Below, piece after piece: positions 61,770 through 64,000 of a DNA stretch of 64,000 nt (position 1 is its first letter; every line of letters begins with the position of its first letter). A model generated the notes under the pieces. It was not told the DNA's origin and did no database searches. It saw only the letters and a list, made by a program, of their open reading frames with translations. The translations under genes and the position numbers were made by a program. Source of the stretch: an uncultured Oscillospiraceae bacterium (lineage in GTDB: Bacteria > Bacillota > Clostridia > Oscillospirales > Ruminococcaceae); the NCBI GenBank assembly GCA_910577365.1, contig CAJTMU010000005.1, positions 8,489 to 72,488 of the forward strand. The letters run 5' to 3'.

Positions 61770-61853
61770 GAAAATTTTCCGCGAGAGAGTAGGCGCATGC
61801 GGAACGCAGCGAAGCGAGTACCGCGTGCGCCTGCTCGGGTCGCGGGAAATTTC
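61770..61853. repeat. Palindromic REP-like element
   Basis: GAAAATTTTCCGCGA...TCGCGGGAAATTTC. Confidence 0.55.
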
Positions 61854-61874
61854 AAATTAAAATAAGGAGAAAAG

Positions 61875-62726
61875 ATGAGGTTAGCCGTTTTAGGTGACAT
61901 ACACGCAAATCACAGAGCGCTTGAAGCGGTTCTGGCGCGTATTTACGCGGAGGAATATGACGGGCTGGTGTTTGTGGGGGATTATGTCACCGACTGCCCA
62001 TACCCGAGGGAAACCGTTGAGATACTGAGGAACATACCCCAAAGATACCGCATATGGTTTATACGGGGCAACCGCGAAGACTATATTATAGAGTATGGCA
62101 AGAATCTACGCGGGTGGGAATACGGCTCAAAAAGCGGAGCGCTTCTTTACACGTTTGAGGAGCTTACCGCCGAGGATATCGAGTGGTTTGCGGGAATGCC
62201 CGTGTCAATGAGAATAGAGACGGGAGGCTGCCCCGCATTTATCGCCTGCCACGGCTCTCCCGAAAGCAACCGCTATCTGTTCCACGCCGAAACGCCTGAG
62301 GCGGAGCGCGTTATAAAAGAGATGGACTGCGGACTTATGGTGTGCGGTCACTCTCACACGCCGTATATTTTTCGCCGCGGAAATAAGATGATAGTGAACG
62401 GGGGCGCGCTGGGAATGCCGCAGAACGGTCAGACCAAAGCGCAGTTTGCCAAGCTGGAGTACAACGGAGAATGGCGCGCGGAGATAGTTTCGGTGGAATA
62501 TGATATTGAAAGCGAGGTAGCGGAATTTCACGAAAGCGGACTGCTTCGGAAAAGCGGCGTATGGGGCAGGGGAATTATCGCGACTATACGCAACGGAGTG
62601 AATTATACGGTCAACTGCCTTTACGAGGTACAGCGGCTCGCCGCGGAGCGCGGGCTTCCCGTCACCGATGAAAAGTTGTGGAATGAAGCGGCGGAAAATA
62701 TCGGAATGCCCGATTGTACCAATTAA
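61875..62726 (+). CDS. Metallophosphoesterase family protein
   Basis: GDIHAN, GD, GNRE, HGSP, GHSH. Confidence 0.88.
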   Translation: MRLAVLGDIHANHRALEAVLARIYAEEYDGLVFVGDYVTDCPYPRETVEILRNIPQRYRIWFIRGNREDYIIEYGKNLRGWEYGSKSGALLYTFEELTAEDIEWFAGMPVSMRIETGGCPAFIACHGSPESNRYLFHAETPEAERVIKEMDCGLMVCGHSHTPYIFRRGNKMIVNGGALGMPQNGQTKAQFAKLEYNGEWRAEIVSVEYDIESEVAEFHESGLLRKSGVWGRGIIATIRNGVNYTVNCLYEVQRLAAERGLPVTDEKLWNEAAENIGMPDCTN

Positions 62727-62748
62727 CGGGTACAGACAATATAAAATC

Positions 62749-62780
62749 AGCCCGGGAATTCGTACTCCCGGGCTTTTATT
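62749..62780. terminator. Terminator between convergent genes
   Basis: AGCCCGGGA/TCCCGGGCT hairpin plus T-tract. Confidence 0.7.
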
Positions 62781-62808
62781 TTAATCTTTGTTCGCCGAAC
62801 GGCGCATA

Positions 62809-63699
62809 TCAATCGATTTTCTCGGCTGAAACAATGGTCGCCGTGCTTATCGTATAGCTGCCGAAATTGGTGTTGACATAATTAAGCTGCAGATCCTTGA
62901 GAACCAGCTTCATATGCGCCGTAGAGCCCTGAGGTATTTCGCGTTCCAGGTCAAGAGCGGAATAATCGGATACGACACCCAGACTTATTCTGAACGGTGC
63001 GTAGATAAGTCTCTCATCCTTTAAGGAATATAACAGGTAACCACTGTTATATTCAATAGGCATCTCCTGCCAGCTTTCACCGTCGGGATAAAAGTGCAGT
63101 TCTCCCTCCTCCACATATCCCTCGTCTCCGTCGTAGCGGTCTATATACCCCGTTACCTCGATCTCCCCCTCAAAGCATACGCTTGAACTCATCAAACCGA
63201 AAGCGTCATTCAAAGGACTTACGTCATTTACGTAATACTCGGCAAAAGCGTCAGTGCAGGTGAGACTTCCTATCTTATCTCCCTTATTTATAATGAAATA
63301 GCCGCCGCTTGCCGCTTCGCAGCGTTCGGTACATTCCCAATTTTCAAGGTCGAATTTTTCGGGGTCGTTATAGCTGTTATAGGTTCTTCCGTCAAACAAT
63401 GCGGTATAACCGTAATCCGTCCGATAATAAAGATACATGTTCAGAACGGCGTCAGGGTCTTCCTTAAACATTTCCGGCTCAAACACCTCACCGCAGATAC
63501 CTATATAATCGGTGTCGGAATTTGTTTCTGTGCTGTCTGTCGTACTTGCGTCGGAGCTATCGCTTTCCGCGCTCTCCGGCGCGGCGGTTTCCGTTATGGG
63601 CAGGCTGTCGGAAACGCTTATGCTTTCTGAAACGGTGTTATCGGCGCAGGCTGTAAGAACTATCGGGATAATAAACGGTAAAATGCGTGTAAGTTTCAT
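62809..63699 (-). CDS. Hypothetical lipoprotein
   Basis: Lipobox LTAC, S/T-rich linker, AGGAG RBS. Confidence 0.75.
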   Translation of the reverse strand: MKLTRILPFIIPIVLTACADNTVSESISVSDSLPITETAAPESAESDSSDASTTDSTETNSDTDYIGICGEVFEPEMFKEDPDAVLNMYLYYRTDYGYTALFDGRTYNSYNDPEKFDLENWECTERCEAASGGYFIINKGDKIGSLTCTDAFAEYYVNDVSPLNDAFGLMSSSVCFEGEIEVTGYIDRYDGDEGYVEEGELHFYPDGESWQEMPIEYNSGYLLYSLKDERLIYAPFRISLGVVSDYSALDLEREIPQGSTAHMKLVLKDLQLNYVNTNFGSYTISTATIVSAEKID

Positions 63700-63709
63700 A
63701 AAATACTCC

Positions 63710-64000
63710 TTAAAAATCGGTGTAATCTAAAAAAACGCCGTCGGATGTATAGCAGAACAATACCCAATTCATATGTTGCCTAAATTCACTGTACGAATAT
63801 GTAGCAAACTCTACGCCGCAGTTGTTGTCCATGTTACAATCATAAACCGTAACGGTTTTTTTACTTGTTGAGTAGTCTACGATAAAAATGGAATGAACGG
63901 ATCTGCTCTTAGTACGTCCCCTTACATAACTTTGTGTACCGGCTGTTCTTAAGAAATTTTCCAGAGCGCTATCGCTTGCCAATGAATAGTATATTCCATA
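63710..64000 (-). CDS. 3' end of a hypothetical protein entering from outside the window
   Basis: Open frame ...HSIFIV...TVYDCN...; too little sequence to assign. Confidence 0.5.
   Translation of the reverse strand, partial: YGIYYSLASDSALENFLRTAGTQSYVRGRTKSRSVHSIFIVDYSTSKKTVTVYDCNMDNNCGVEFATYSYSEFRQHMNWVLFCYTSDGVFLDYTDF

Overview
Chromosomal window from a spore-forming anaerobic Bacillota, most likely Oscillospiraceae/Ruminococcaceae (spoIIE, glgBCD, secDF, rny, pyrE, ksgA). Housekeeping genes alternate with accessory blocks. (1) 1-7745: a RiPP-like locus with a nucleotidyltransferase, ABC exporter, S24/S26 peptidase, PqqD/RRE, HPr-kinase-like protein, an Ig-repeat surface protein and two ORFs missing from the ORF track (a 52-aa YxxP-leader precursor and a 51-aa Ser-rich lipopeptide), interrupted by a RelE-type TA pair. 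(2) 7927-13003: a type II FAS/PKS-like cluster with a fused KS/KS-like protein. (3) 15228-19058, the strongest candidate for an undescribed system: a frameshifted rtcB, a hypothetical gene, then a tandem array of five small stem-closed ncRNA-like units sharing an AC(A/C)GCA motif, one with a complete and one with a partial circularly permuted tRNA-like (YrlA-like) domain, directly upstream of a DUF2828/TROVE-like vWA protein. Also seen: a preQ1-I riboswitch before queT, a leader-peptide attenuator before a Mef-like MFS pump, a probable ATA-initiated gene, a decayed SecD-like lipoprotein, and a family of palindromic MITE/REP-like repeats. All calls come from reading the sequence; no searches were run.
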